Shown here one piece after another: positions 8,521 to 18,771 of a DNA stretch of 64,000 nucleotides. Source of the DNA: Patescibacteria group bacterium (GTDB lineage: Bacteria; Patescibacteriota; Patescibacteriia; PEXW01); assembly GCA_041671325.1 (NCBI GenBank), contig JBAZBR010000002.1, positions 137,978 through 201,977 of the forward strand, written 5' to 3'. Within the stretch, counting starts at the first letter, position 1, and every line of letters starts with the position of its first letter. The position numbers and the translations under genes are program-made. The notes under the pieces were generated by a model. It did no database searches. It was not told the origin of the DNA and saw nothing but the letters and a program-made list of their open reading frames with translations.

Positions 8521-9387
8521 GGGCATTAGGTAGCAGTTGGAACAGCCGAGAGGGTTTTTGTTAAGTAGGCAAGGGGTGAAGCGAAGATTTCGGGTGAGGA
8601 AAATCTGACACAGAATTCACTCACGTATTCAGGAAGGTGTTGGGCTGTACTGTGATGATACATTCTACGGATGAAGGCGCGAAGATTACCGAACATGCCT
8701 TCAATTTCCGAGGTTAAGCCAAACTCAAATCGTTTGTGGATGTCCCGACGGTGCGTAACGGGCCACCAGTGTTGAATGCCTTGGTATATTGCACCCCCAT
8801 CGGTCTGTAAGCGGGAACGGGGTTGAATATTTTGGAATAGAAACTGGGCAGCATCCCGTCGATCCACCGAGGACTTAGGCAGGGTCTGGTGGACGATGTT
8901 CCGGCTGCCAACCTGCTTGGCCATGAGCAGCGACAAGGAACGAAAGTAGGCTTCGTCCATTTGCACCGTACCCTGCAGAATAGGCTGTATTTCCGGCACC
9001 TGGAGGCGGAATGCTTGGAACCATAGGCGGACGGTTTTCTCATTGACGTGACAGAGCTTCTGGGTCTGGAGAACCGGCACAGCCTGAGTCCAACACCACA
9101 GCAAGCACCACCAAGTACGAAGAGAAAGCTTCATGCCTTCGAGCCAAGTACCAGAGAACAGTGTGAAGGGAAGCCGACATTGGGCACAGCGGTATCGATC
9201 TTCGGAGACATACACCTTCCGGGAATGACACCTGGGACAGAACAGGTTTTTACCAAAGCGAAGACGACGAACAACCTTACGGATCTTGGCTTCCGAGGGA
9301 ATTTGATGCAGAAGAGAAATCATATGGTTACAGGTTAAGGGTGAGTGTTATTAACCCTAGTCCTGTTCCAACTGCTGGTGAATACCC
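8521..9387 (-). mobile_element. IS1595-family insertion sequence (867 bp)
   Basis: 25-bp imperfect TIRs GGGCATTAGGTAGCAGTTGGAACAG / GGGTATTCACCAGCAGTTGGAACAG; 8-bp flanks TTTGAAGT and TTAGAAGT. Confidence 0.85.
8526..9323 (-). CDS. IS1595-family transposase
   Basis: Zn ribbon CPRC..CAQC; motifs VQMDEAY, LQTDG, EIEGMF, YVSEF. Confidence 0.9.
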   Translation of the reverse strand: MISLLHQIPSEAKIRKVVRRLRFGKNLFCPRCHSRKVYVSEDRYRCAQCRLPFTLFSGTWLEGMKLSLRTWWCLLWCWTQAVPVLQTQKLCHVNEKTVRLWFQAFRLQVPEIQPILQGTVQMDEAYFRSLSLLMAKQVGSRNIVHQTLPKSSVDRRDAAQFLFQNIQPRSRLQTDGGAIYQGIQHWWPVTHRRDIHKRFEFGLTSEIEGMFGNLRAFIRRMYHHSTAQHLPEYVSEFCVRFSSPEIFASPLAYLTKTLSAVPTAT

Positions 9388-9487
9388 TTAGAAGTGGGGT
9401 TGACAAAGCCCAATAATCATGATATCTTTTAATGTTTTAAAACATCCGTGCACGAAGCATGGAGATTACAACCATCAAGGAGGTTTT

Positions 9488-9583
9488 ATGTACATCCTCA
9501 CCGATCATGGCGAGGTCGTCCCCGTGAATGACGGGAGTGCCGAGACAATCACTGCTACAATGGTGTCATTGCGGGAGAAGTAA
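9488..9583 (+). CDS. 31-aa small protein MYILTDHGEVVPVNDGSAETITATMVSLREK
   Basis: TTGACA(9400)-17-TATCTT promoter, RBS AAGGAGG, downstream hairpin AGAAGGGCGCT/AGCGCCCTTCT. Confidence 0.55.
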   Translation: MYILTDHGEVVPVNDGSAETITATMVSLREK

Positions 9584-9685
9584 TCTTTCAGAAGGGCGCT
9601 GATCAGGATGATCACAAAAAGCGCCCTTCTAATTTTCCTGGGTTTATAGATTAAATAATAATTAAGGAATATAATAATTAAATCA

Positions 9686-10486
9686 ATGAAAAATCCAAAA
9701 GCCATCACTATTATCGTTACAATTTTCGCCTGTCTGATGATCGGCACAGGAATCTTTGTGTTAAAAAAAGATGCGATACAAGCCAGGTTTTTTTCTGACC
9801 AGCCCACTGAATTGCCCCAAGCCATAGATGTTGCTCAATCACAGGCAGAAAATACATCAGACACTGGTCAAGTTTTAGGTGAGAAAGTGAATGTGGCCGC
9901 AACCAAACTTCCCAGCCAATTCAATTTAGCCGTGCCTTTTGTCTTGCAAGCCCCAACAGCTAATTGGGATGCAGTACACAATGAAACTTGCGAAGAAGCC
10001 GCGGCTTTGACCGTGCATTATTATTGGACCAAGGTTAAGAACCCGACTGCAAGCCAGATTGAAACCCAATTTACTAAATTAATAAAATACCAGAACAAGA
10101 AATTTGGCGATTACAAAGATACAACCGCGGCCCAAACCGCGCAATTCATTAAAGATGTTTGGGGTTATAAAAAAGTTGAAGTTTTGCCGATTAAATCCTG
10201 GAATGATATCAAAGTCCAGGTTAAAGCTGGCCGGCCGGTTATTTTACCCACGGCTGGCAAATTATTGAAAAATCCCAATTTCAAGAATGGTGGGCCAAAA
10301 TATCATAACCTAGTTGTCAGGGGCTGGTTGGCTGATGGCCGGATAATTACCAATGATCCAGGCACCCGAAAAGGCAATGGTTATGTTTATAAGCCCCAAA
10401 TTCTGTGGAATGCCATCCATGACTGGAATAGCGGCGATATTTTGAACGGCAAAAAAGTCATGATAGTGGTATATCCGAATAAATAA
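9686..10486 (+). CDS. C39-like cysteine peptidase, membrane anchored
   Basis: QAP..W, TCEEAA, HNLVVRG and NDP motifs; N-terminal TM. Confidence 0.85.
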   Translation: MKNPKAITIIVTIFACLMIGTGIFVLKKDAIQARFFSDQPTELPQAIDVAQSQAENTSDTGQVLGEKVNVAATKLPSQFNLAVPFVLQAPTANWDAVHNETCEEAAALTVHYYWTKVKNPTASQIETQFTKLIKYQNKKFGDYKDTTAAQTAQFIKDVWGYKKVEVLPIKSWNDIKVQVKAGRPVILPTAGKLLKNPNFKNGGPKYHNLVVRGWLADGRIITNDPGTRKGNGYVYKPQILWNAIHDWNSGDILNGKKVMIVVYPNK

Positions 10487-10516
10487 TTTTTATTATAGGT
10501 TAGTCTTTTTATTATT

Positions 10517-10690
10517 CCCTCTCCTGTTAGGAGAGGGTACGCGCCCGCCCGCCTTCGCAGACGAAGTACGGTGGGCAGGAAGCGAGGGCGAGGTTTCATT
10601 GCCTGTTACTGGGAAACTAATTTCTAAACTAAAAAATCCCTCACCCGGCCCCGCGGCCGCGGGGCCACCCTCTCCCAGAGGGAGAGGGGG
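10517..10690. repeat. Composite REP-like palindromic element
   Basis: CCCTCTCC..GGAGAGGG and CCCTCACCC..CCCTCTCCCAGAGGGAGAGGG; related copies near 5850, 21000-21160, 21630-21755, 27850, 28560, 36300, 37330, 40760. Confidence 0.75.
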
Positions 10691-10755
10691 TTAGAAAAAT
10701 AATTAATTTCAAGCAAGTTTGATGCTCCTCCTTCGTTGCGACGAGGGATTTTGTT

Positions 10756-11481
10756 TTAGAATTTTCCAATTAGAGCGTACCAGATGGTCTTGAGTAAGCT
10801 CTTGTTTTGTTTTTGCAAACGTAAATGCAACCAATAAAGAATTCCCAAGATTGCGAAGGTTACGACTAAGGAAATTTCCCAATGGCTGACAATAAAACCT
10901 TTAAGCTCCAAGGGGTAATAACCAATGCCGAACCAAATGGCTGACCAGAGGATTTCCCCAGCCAATGCCAGCCAGAAAAAATTCCAAAATTTCATTTTTA
11001 ACATGCCTGCCGCATAATTCACAAAACCCAAGATCCCGGCAAACAAGAAGCGGGTCATAAAGACCAGTCTTTTGCCGCCGCCATGGGAAATGTAATTGTA
11101 GGCTTTTTGGTAATTCGGGTCGTGTTCGTCAATATTCAGCCATTTTAAAAAGTGGTGCCTGAACCGGCGGGTCAGGGCATAAGCAATAATATCACCTAAT
11201 AAAGAAGCAATGGTAATAATACTGATGGCTATAGTCGGGTTGTAATCGCCTTTGGCTGAAGCCATGCCAATGCCAATAGGCAAGAAGCTGGAAGGCAAGC
11301 CAGCAATGATATTAGCCAAGACAATCCAGAGGAAAACCACGGGGTAGCCAAAATGCTGGGTCCAAGCCAGAACGTGGACCTGGATAATGTCGCTAACCAA
11401 GAAACTGATTACCCAGATGACAAAGAAGACGGTTAAGACTTTAATGACGATAGGCCAATATCTGCCTTTTGGTGCTTGCAT
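10756..11481 (-). CDS. DedA/VTT family membrane protein
   Basis: LLGDIIAYAL, LVFMTRF and VNYAAGMLKM motifs. Confidence 0.85.
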   Translation of the reverse strand: MQAPKGRYWPIVIKVLTVFFVIWVISFLVSDIIQVHVLAWTQHFGYPVVFLWIVLANIIAGLPSSFLPIGIGMASAKGDYNPTIAISIITIASLLGDIIAYALTRRFRHHFLKWLNIDEHDPNYQKAYNYISHGGGKRLVFMTRFLFAGILGFVNYAAGMLKMKFWNFFWLALAGEILWSAIWFGIGYYPLELKGFIVSHWEISLVVTFAILGILYWLHLRLQKQNKSLLKTIWYALIGKF

Positions 11482-11603
11482 TTTGTGCGGATTCCCTGGA
11501 TTAATTAATAATTTCGAATTTTCCGAAGGTTTGCCGACCTTCGGCCGGGCTTAATTTTCTGTTATAATAATTATAGAGTTTTTAAGGCTTTTTAGCTACA
11601 TTC

Positions 11604-12572
11604 ATGTTTATTAAGCGCAATTTTACCCTATCTGACGGGGAAACAATTACTTATGGCATTGCTCCGGCCGAAAATCAAAATCGGCCAGTTTTAATATTGC
11701 TGCCTGGGCAGAAAAAAATTGAACCAGGCCAGCTTTCCAAGGATTTCATCCCAGAACAATACGAATATTTGCAGGGGAAATTCCAGGTAATCATGTGGAA
11801 TTACCGTTTTAAAAATTACCCTGGCGAAAAAACCAACGTTTCCAGGATGGTTAAAGACTTGGAAGAGTTCGCTAAAGCTAAAAAAATTGAAAAACTGACA
11901 GTTTATGCCTATTCATACGGCGGTTTGATTGGTTTGGAATTTTGCCATATTAACCCAGAAAAAGTTAATGGTATTATCCTTTTAAGCACATTTGCCAGGT
12001 TCAGCTTTACCCATTTTGGTTTCAATAAGATGACCTGGAGATTTTTTTTGCATTTAATGGTCGTACCCAGTGCATCTTCTTCGCACATCCGGGAAAGCAT
12101 GTACTCAGACTTCAGGCAAAAACCCAGTGGTTATCATGGTCCGGCTGGAAAATTTTTGGATTGGATGTGGCACACTGGCTTGGACACGGTCTGGAACCAT
12201 TTTTGGAGCGAAAGGGTTTGGTCTGCGCTAAAAGCGGACTTACGGCCGATCCTGCCGGAAATTAAAACCCCAGCTTTAATTGTGGCCGGCCGGGCTGATG
12301 CATTGTGTCCAGTGGAATGGGCTGAAACTTTGCATAAAGGCTTGTCAAACAGTGAAATGGAAATCTTTGATGATGCGGGCCATTATGCGGTCCGAGTTTG
12401 GCCGGACAAATTCAACCAGAGGATCCGCAAATTTTTACAGGAAAGGTTGAGCGTGGTAGATTTTGACCAGGCTCAGGAGGTTAAATTTATACCAGAATTA
12501 TTGAAATTCTTGAGCATTACCAAAAAAATAACCATGTCATATTTTAATAAGTTCAGGAGCTTGTTCGCTTAA
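11604..12572 (+). CDS. Alpha/beta hydrolase
   Basis: Nucleophile elbow AYSYGG, GRAD acid, AGH histidine. Confidence 0.85.
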   Translation: MFIKRNFTLSDGETITYGIAPAENQNRPVLILLPGQKKIEPGQLSKDFIPEQYEYLQGKFQVIMWNYRFKNYPGEKTNVSRMVKDLEEFAKAKKIEKLTVYAYSYGGLIGLEFCHINPEKVNGIILLSTFARFSFTHFGFNKMTWRFFLHLMVVPSASSSHIRESMYSDFRQKPSGYHGPAGKFLDWMWHTGLDTVWNHFWSERVWSALKADLRPILPEIKTPALIVAGRADALCPVEWAETLHKGLSNSEMEIFDDAGHYAVRVWPDKFNQRIRKFLQERLSVVDFDQAQEVKFIPELLKFLSITKKITMSYFNKFRSLFA

Positions 12573-12576
12573 TTTT

Positions 12577-13785
12577 ATGAAAATTGGCATTGTCACTGAA
12601 TCATATTATCCCGCAGTCGGCGGCATTGCCGAACACGTCATAAATCTGGCTAAAGTTTTACGGGAGCGAGGCCATACTGTAAAAATTCTTACCTCCTCAT
12701 ACGGTGAGATGGCTGATGCGCCATTTAACAGCCCGGATGTAATTCGGCTTGGCAAAACTTTTAATTTTCAAAAGAATGGCACGCCCGGGCACATTGCTTA
12801 TGGCTGGCACTTATCCAAAAAAATCAGAAAGGTTTTAGCCGAAGAAAAGTTTGATCTTTTGCATTATCATGGGCCAGAACAGCCAACCTTACCCATGCTT
12901 GCCTTGTTGAATTCTACTACTGTTAATGTCGGGACTTTTCACGCTACCTATGACCGTTCCCTGCCGCTGGGCTTTTTAAGGCCAGTAGTTGCCAAAGCCT
13001 TAGCCAAACTTCACGCCAGGATTGTCGTCTCGCCGACTGCCAAAGAATCAATTTCAAAATATTTTTCAGAAGGTGAATACGAAATTGTTCATAACGGCAT
13101 TGAGGTTGAACGTTTTGCTTCGGGCAAAGCTTTGGAACAATACGCTGATCGGCCAAATATTGTTTTTGTAGGGAATTTTGTCTTGCGCAAGGGCTTTGTA
13201 AATTTAATGGAGGCTTTTACGCTTGTCCAAAAATCCATACCTAATGTTAGGTTGATTGCGGTTGGGGACGGGGTGTTGCGGGCTAGGTATGAAAAAAGTT
13301 TGGGTGAGGCCGTGGGCAAAGACGTTATTTTCACCGGCCGAGTTTCCACAGAAGAGCTATCGAATTATTATGCCAGTGCAGAAGTTTTCTGTTCGCCTGC
13401 AACAGGCAGGGAAAGTTTCGGGATTGTGCATTTGGAAGCCATGGCCGCCGGCCGGCCAGTGGTTGCCACCAATATTGCCGGATATAAATATGTTTTAGAA
13501 AACACGGGCGCAGCGCTTCTAGTCAATCCAAATGATATCAAAGGCTTAGCCCAGGCTTTGTTAAGGGTTTTAACTGATAAAAATTTAGCTAATCAAATGA
13601 GTGAAGCGGGCAAAAAAACCGTGGAAAAATTCCGCTGGGCAGATATTGGCTCCCAGGTTGAAGCGGTTTATGTAAAAGCCCTGGAAAGGTTTCCGCAAAC
13701 CTTGCCGGTTGTTCCGGGCTATAGGTGGCTGACTAAATTATTTAATTACAAACCCAAGGTAAAAAAAGCCTTAACCAATGAATGA
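12577..13785 (+). CDS. GT4 glycosyltransferase, PimA-like
   Basis: YPAVGG, GTFHA and ESFGIVHLEAMAAG motifs. Confidence 0.9.
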   Translation: MKIGIVTESYYPAVGGIAEHVINLAKVLRERGHTVKILTSSYGEMADAPFNSPDVIRLGKTFNFQKNGTPGHIAYGWHLSKKIRKVLAEEKFDLLHYHGPEQPTLPMLALLNSTTVNVGTFHATYDRSLPLGFLRPVVAKALAKLHARIVVSPTAKESISKYFSEGEYEIVHNGIEVERFASGKALEQYADRPNIVFVGNFVLRKGFVNLMEAFTLVQKSIPNVRLIAVGDGVLRARYEKSLGEAVGKDVIFTGRVSTEELSNYYASAEVFCSPATGRESFGIVHLEAMAAGRPVVATNIAGYKYVLENTGAALLVNPNDIKGLAQALLRVLTDKNLANQMSEAGKKTVEKFRWADIGSQVEAVYVKALERFPQTLPVVPGYRWLTKLFNYKPKVKKALTNE

Positions 13786-14410
13786 TGTTGCCGGCATATT
13801 TTTAGAAGCCTTTAGCCGTTTTGGCTTGTTTGGGCTTTGGTTTATGGTAGCCTTTGAGGCTTTTGAATTTGTGGCCTCAATCCCGATTGGCCCAATTATT
13901 ATTCTAGTTGGGAGTTTAGCTTCACAAGGCGTAGTTTCGATTGTTGCCTTATGGCTAACGGTTTATTCCGCTGTGGTGGCGGGAGATAATGTAGGTTTTT
14001 TAGTCGGCCGGAAATTTGGCCGGCCTATCCTGTATAAATTCGGAACAAAGATAATCAAACAACAGGCTATTGAAAAAGCTGATAAGGCTTTTGTCAAATA
14101 CGGCACAATTGCCATATTTTTCACCCGGTTTATTTTTGCCACCATAGCCGCGCCCTTGAACGTGATTGCCGGGGCTTCAGGCTTGGCCTGGAAAAAATAT
14201 TTGCCGGCAGAAATGTCCGGCCAATTGGTCTGGACCAGCATTTATACCTTGGCAGGGTATTTTTTCGGCCGGCAAGTGGAAAAGTTCATCAGGTTAATTG
14301 ACCAGGCTAATTTAATCGGCGCAGTCTTAGTTTTAACATTAACCCTGATAATTTTTGCATTTTTGGTTTATCGTCCAATTCGGCATCATTTAAGGAATAG
14401 CAAAAAATGA
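13778..14410 (+). CDS. DedA family protein
   Basis: AGDNVGFLVGRKFG and IFFTRF motifs. Confidence 0.9.
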   Translation: MNDVAGIFLEAFSRFGLFGLWFMVAFEAFEFVASIPIGPIIILVGSLASQGVVSIVALWLTVYSAVVAGDNVGFLVGRKFGRPILYKFGTKIIKQQAIEKADKAFVKYGTIAIFFTRFIFATIAAPLNVIAGASGLAWKKYLPAEMSGQLVWTSIYTLAGYFFGRQVEKFIRLIDQANLIGAVLVLTLTLIIFAFLVYRPIRHHLRNSKK

Positions 14411-14411
14411 G

Positions 14412-15038
14412 ATGTTCATTCCTGAATCATCTTTTTTAAATTTCATCACTAGCTATGGTTATTTTGGCCTCTATGCCATAGTCGCCATTGAAACTTTTGA
14501 ATTCTTTTTTTCCATTCCGCTTGGCCCGATTTTGGCATTCTTGGGCGGATTAGCAAGACAAGGCGATTTCCATCCATTTTTACTTTGGTTAATTGCCTGG
14601 CTCGGCGCCATGACCGGGGATTTGGCCGGGTATTTTCTGGGCTTAAAAGCCGGTCGGCCGATTTTGCATAAATTATCCCGACGCTGGCTTAAACCCGAAA
14701 AGTTGGATAAGGCGGAAATGTATTTCAGCAAAAAAGGGGTTTGGGCGGTTTTCTTTGGCAGGTTCATTTTGGCTTCAATAGCGGCAGTGATTAATGTCTT
14801 GGCAGGCATTTCCAAAATGCCTTTTTGGAAATTTTGGCTGGCTGAAAGCATTGGCCAGGCCATCTGGGCTGCCAGTTATATTCTATTAGGTTATTATTTT
14901 GGTTCGCAATTTATGGACTTGATCCATAATCTTTCAGTAATCTGGTCATTCTGGATTGCGCCATTACTAATTTTAGCTCTGGTTCTAATAGTTTATTTGA
15001 TTGTCTTAAGGAAAAGGCGGAAAACCAGAAATCCTTAA
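14412..15038 (+). CDS. DedA family protein
   Basis: TGDLAGYFLG and VFFGRF motifs. Confidence 0.9.
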   Translation: MFIPESSFLNFITSYGYFGLYAIVAIETFEFFFSIPLGPILAFLGGLARQGDFHPFLLWLIAWLGAMTGDLAGYFLGLKAGRPILHKLSRRWLKPEKLDKAEMYFSKKGVWAVFFGRFILASIAAVINVLAGISKMPFWKFWLAESIGQAIWAASYILLGYYFGSQFMDLIHNLSVIWSFWIAPLLILALVLIVYLIVLRKRRKTRNP

Positions 15039-15128
15039 TTTTTTAAAAGTTTCTGCTTAAAGAAAAGCAAGGCCCTTATTAGGAGCCTTGTTGATTAAAC
15101 TTGTCGAGAAGGAAGGGGCTAAATTAAC

Positions 15129-15317
15129 TCAAGTTGCGTCTTGCAGCATATTGGCAGAACCTGCCCGACTGATTGAAGAATTCGTTTTTGGCGTTTTGCG
15201 GCTTAACTTGTCGTAACCGCTTACGGCAAGCGCGGAACTCAGGGTGAGGCCCATGGCTATGGCCAAGATCAATGATGCGCTTATTTTTTTCAAATTCCTT
15301 GGATTTTTCTTTGGCAT
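15129..15317 (-). CDS. Small putative exported protein
   Basis: Signal-peptide-like N-terminus; downstream of the ECF pair. Confidence 0.4.
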   Translation of the reverse strand: MPKKNPRNLKKISASLILAIAMGLTLSSALAVSGYDKLSRKTPKTNSSISRAGSANMLQDAT

Positions 15318-15414
15318 AAATTGTAAAAAATTACTAAGGTAATTATTAATACAATAAGCCAAAGTAAATATTTCATACCCGTGGTTAAGCAGGATTTGCT
15401 TAGGTTTTTATTAT

Positions 15415-16149
15415 TTAATCGTTGATTTCAGCATGAACGTCCGCGCCAAATCCGCCTAATAAGGCCCGAATCCCTTCCGCTTCAATGTAATTAGCTTTTT
15501 GTTCGCCAATCATCATGATTTCCAAACCATTTTGCAGTTTTAAGTTGTTATTAAGTTTGGTTTCAGGCGTCAATATAACCCTGGTGGTTTGGTTTTGCCT
15601 ATTGGTCAGTAAAAAGCCGTTGCCATTCAGCTCCGAAACTTCGCCGATGTAAGTTTTCAGGGGTTCATTTTCCGGCAAATTTTTGAACATAGGACCAATT
15701 ATCGGGATCCTTGTTTCGGTATTTAATTTATGCAGGGAGGTTTGGATTGGCAGGATGACACAGAGCGCGCTAATAATCGCTATTAATAATATCGATGACA
15801 TTACGGTGTAAAAAAGCGGGAAGCGGTAAGCTTTAGTTTGTTTTTCAACCAAAATTCCCAATAAGATTGTCAATATGATACCGCTGAGCAGCCATAACCA
15901 TGGCAGGGAGAGTATTAACCTCCTTAAGCCCGAAACCCCAAAGTGGGTTAAGAATAAGCTGCCATTGTAATGCAGGGAATAAAACAAGAAACTAGTATGG
16001 AAAAGGATATACAGTGCAATAATGCTTAAAAGCAAAATAATTAACAAGCTTTTCAGGAAAAACTGCCATTTTGGTTTCATGCTTATGTGCTGAGATCGGA
16101 TTTCTCCCAGCACTTTGTCTTTCATGGATTGGGGTTTATCTTCGGTCAT
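15415..16149 (-). CDS. Membrane protein, putative anti-sigma partner
   Basis: 4-bp overlap with the sigma gene; 3 TM segments plus C-terminal domain. Confidence 0.7.
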   Translation of the reverse strand: MTEDKPQSMKDKVLGEIRSQHISMKPKWQFFLKSLLIILLLSIIALYILFHTSFLFYSLHYNGSLFLTHFGVSGLRRLILSLPWLWLLSGIILTILLGILVEKQTKAYRFPLFYTVMSSILLIAIISALCVILPIQTSLHKLNTETRIPIIGPMFKNLPENEPLKTYIGEVSELNGNGFLLTNRQNQTTRVILTPETKLNNNLKLQNGLEIMMIGEQKANYIEAEGIRALLGGFGADVHAEIND

Positions 16150-16715
16150 AATTTATAGTCGGAGGGATTGGAATTTTTTTGGAGCATTTTCCGGCCGCGG
16201 CTGATGCGCACGCCAACAGTCGAAATGGGCAAATGCAGGATTTCCGCAATGTTTGCGTAATCCAGTTCCTGCAAGTAGAAAAGGATCAAGGGTTCTCGGT
16301 ATTTTGGCGGCAACATATTTAAAGATTTGTCTAATAGTTCCCGGACTTCTTTTTTTTCCAAATCCCGGTCCGGTCTTTCTGGGGTAATGGGGTGGGGGAA
16401 AAGCACGTCTGGATCAAAGAAAGGCAGGGGATCACGGGAACGTTTTTTTAAAGCATTGATATAGGCATTATGGGCAATCCGGTATATCCAAGGGGAAAAA
16501 CGCTTGTCTAAGTCAAAACTTTTCAAATTTTTATAGACGCTGATGAAAACTTCTTGGACAATGTCTTCAATGCCTTCAGGACTGGATAAAAACCTCCAGC
16601 CATAACGTTTAAGTTTTTCTTCATAGCGTTGGACCAGAATGCCAAAATCATCCAGCCTGCCGGCAAGGATCTCTTTAACCACCTGTTCGTCGGTTTTTTC
16701 AAGATTGCCTTCCAT
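16146..16715 (-). CDS. ECF sigma factor
   Basis: EDIVQEVF, FSPWIYRIAHN and region-4 HTH. Confidence 0.92.
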   Translation of the reverse strand: MEGNLEKTDEQVVKEILAGRLDDFGILVQRYEEKLKRYGWRFLSSPEGIEDIVQEVFISVYKNLKSFDLDKRFSPWIYRIAHNAYINALKKRSRDPLPFFDPDVLFPHPITPERPDRDLEKKEVRELLDKSLNMLPPKYREPLILFYLQELDYANIAEILHLPISTVGVRISRGRKMLQKNSNPSDYKL

Positions 16716-16860
16716 GACCAAAGCATACAATTTAATACATGGAATTTGCAAGCATTATTACATTATCGACTCTGTAAATGGCTTGACAAATTACAAAAGT
16801 TAATTTACAGTTGCTTATTGAAACATCGTTAATTCACAATCAAAAATAAGGAAGGTTGTA

Positions 16861-17376
16861 GTGCGATTGAAAACTGCTTTACGGAACTTGCCGGAATATA
16901 CCATCTCTTTTACTTTAATGGTTCTGGCCATAGTCGTTCTGGATTTTTTCATATCGAAATACACTTTCAGTGAGCAAATCTTGCCCATTTTTTGGCATCT
17001 GGCCATTGTAATTTTTGCGGTATCAAGCCTGATGTTTTTTGGTCTCTTTGCGGACTTCAGGTTAATCGACTTTTTTAGACCAAGGAAAAAGCTGGCCCAA
17101 AAGCTTCTCGCCTTAATCCCGATTATCTTGGGGATGATAATCGTAATCAAAATAAATTTAACGGGATTAATGCAGTTTATCCCCCCGCAGAGTGTTATGG
17201 ATTACGGCGAATTGATTTTTGCAATGGTCCAGTTTCTTGTCTTCATCCTAGTCCTTAAAATGATTGCAAACGCAATCAACCTCACCCTGCTTTTTGTGCT
17301 TTCTGCAATTCTTACACCGAATAATTTTATGGAGTACGCAAAAGAGGGCGTTGCAGGGCTAAAGCGGTATAACTGA
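16861..17376 (+). CDS. Hypothetical membrane protein
   Basis: 4 TM segments; upstream TTGACA and downstream terminator. Confidence 0.65.
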   Translation: MRLKTALRNLPEYTISFTLMVLAIVVLDFFISKYTFSEQILPIFWHLAIVIFAVSSLMFFGLFADFRLIDFFRPRKKLAQKLLALIPIILGMIIVIKINLTGLMQFIPPQSVMDYGELIFAMVQFLVFILVLKMIANAINLTLLFVLSAILTPNNFMEYAKEGVAGLKRYN

Positions 17377-17491
17377 TCTTTTCAAGGTTATAAACCGGAG
17401 CGTCATTAAGCGCCCCGGTTTTTCTTATTTTTATAAAAGAAAAACCGCCTCAACCTTTAAGGTATATTGGCGGTTATTCACCAAAAATGAA

Positions 17492-17731
17492 TCATTTTTT
17501 ACTTCGTTTTTTGGGGGCATCACTGAAAAGGACCGAATTGAAAGCTATTTCCGGGAACTCCTTAAGATAAACATTAGTGCGGGATTGATCCACATCAGTG
17601 ACTGAAACAGTGTAAGTCTTGCCGACCTCAAGGTGCTCTTTGGCAAGTTTTTGGTCTGACGGATAGCCTGCTTTTGGATTTGAAAAAACAACTTTTGCCC
17701 CAGGCTTTGCGTGAATGTTCATGCTATCCAT
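17492..17731 (-). CDS. Hypothetical protein
   Basis: RBS AAGGAGG; TTGACA promoter near 17820. Confidence 0.7.
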   Translation of the reverse strand: MDSMNIHAKPGAKVVFSNPKAGYPSDQKLAKEHLEVGKTYTVSVTDVDQSRTNVYLKEFPEIAFNSVLFSDAPKKRSKK

Positions 17732-18010
17732 TGGTCAATCCTCCTTTTTATGTTTTTTTAGGAACTGTCTGACAATTTACAAGATTTCGAATTAGCTTAG
17801 TAAAAGGTTTTTTCTTTGTCAAGGTGAATTATTCAGCACCTCGGTTTTTCTTTACAAGCATAAATAAGTGTGGTTAGATTGGTGAAAGAAGTTCTTTGTC
17901 AACCAGTTTGCCTTGTAAAATCAGGGTAAATTTTGAATCAACCACCAACCCAATGCTGAATGCGTGTCCAAAGCTTACTAAGGGATGAATGCATGGCAGA
18001 AGGAGGAAAG

Positions 18011-18598
18011 ATGTCAAGGTTTTATAATCAACCAGCAGTATTTGTACCAGTAGAGTTTACTCCACACACAAAATTGTTTGATGAATCGTGTGATGTTTAT
18101 GTTAACCACCATACGATTATTCAGCCTAACGAAGGACGGCATAGTGAACTGCCAGTTTTTATACCCTCAAAATACCCCGCCACACTACGCATTGCCAAGT
18201 TAGATCAATTATCTTTAACTTGCTCAGTAGATGGGGTTTTGTTTGATAAAAACAAGATCAAGCGAGGCTTTTTCTGGAAAAAGCAGGAAATGATACACCA
18301 TGCTTTAAGCCTATGGATAATCAGCGGGTATTTTGGTGTTGATGACAAGACCGTCAATACCTATTTTACCAAATTCAGGCTAGACGGAAGCGAAGACATA
18401 ATAGAAGCAGCTTGTTTTCCACTTGGCATTGAATATGATGGTCATCCCGTGTTACTTGCATTAGTGTCAAAAATGCATCTTGAACAACACGTGATCATTG
18501 GCCTAAGAGACCTGTTAAATCAAACCTATAAAGTAACCCTCAATGCTTCCCGGGAGATTGCCTCTATCAAAGGTTTTCGCAACTTACTTGATTATTGA
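18011..18598 (+). CDS. Hypothetical protein
   Basis: RBS AAGGAGG before ATG 18011; terminator GGCCTCTCCAA/TTGGAGAGGCC. Confidence 0.7.
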   Translation: MSRFYNQPAVFVPVEFTPHTKLFDESCDVYVNHHTIIQPNEGRHSELPVFIPSKYPATLRIAKLDQLSLTCSVDGVLFDKNKIKRGFFWKKQEMIHHALSLWIISGYFGVDDKTVNTYFTKFRLDGSEDIIEAACFPLGIEYDGHPVLLALVSKMHLEQHVIIGLRDLLNQTYKVTLNASREIASIKGFRNLLDY

Positions 18599-18668
18599 TC
18601 ATACTGGCCTCTCCAAACCCTTGGAGAGGCCTTTTGTTAATCGGGGATGGCAGGTTTGAAATATTTGA

Positions 18669-18771
18669 TCCCGCACCACTTTCCAAAAATAAACTTGAAA
18701 TTAATTGAGGATATTTTTTGTAATAAATATCTATATATTTAAATAATGTTTTTATGGAAAGCGGTGCGGGA
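18669..18771. mobile_element. MITE-like element
   Basis: TIRs TCCCGCACCACTTTCC/GGAAAGCGGTGCGGGA, AT-rich core; TTGA on both sides once the IS481 is removed. Confidence 0.75.
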
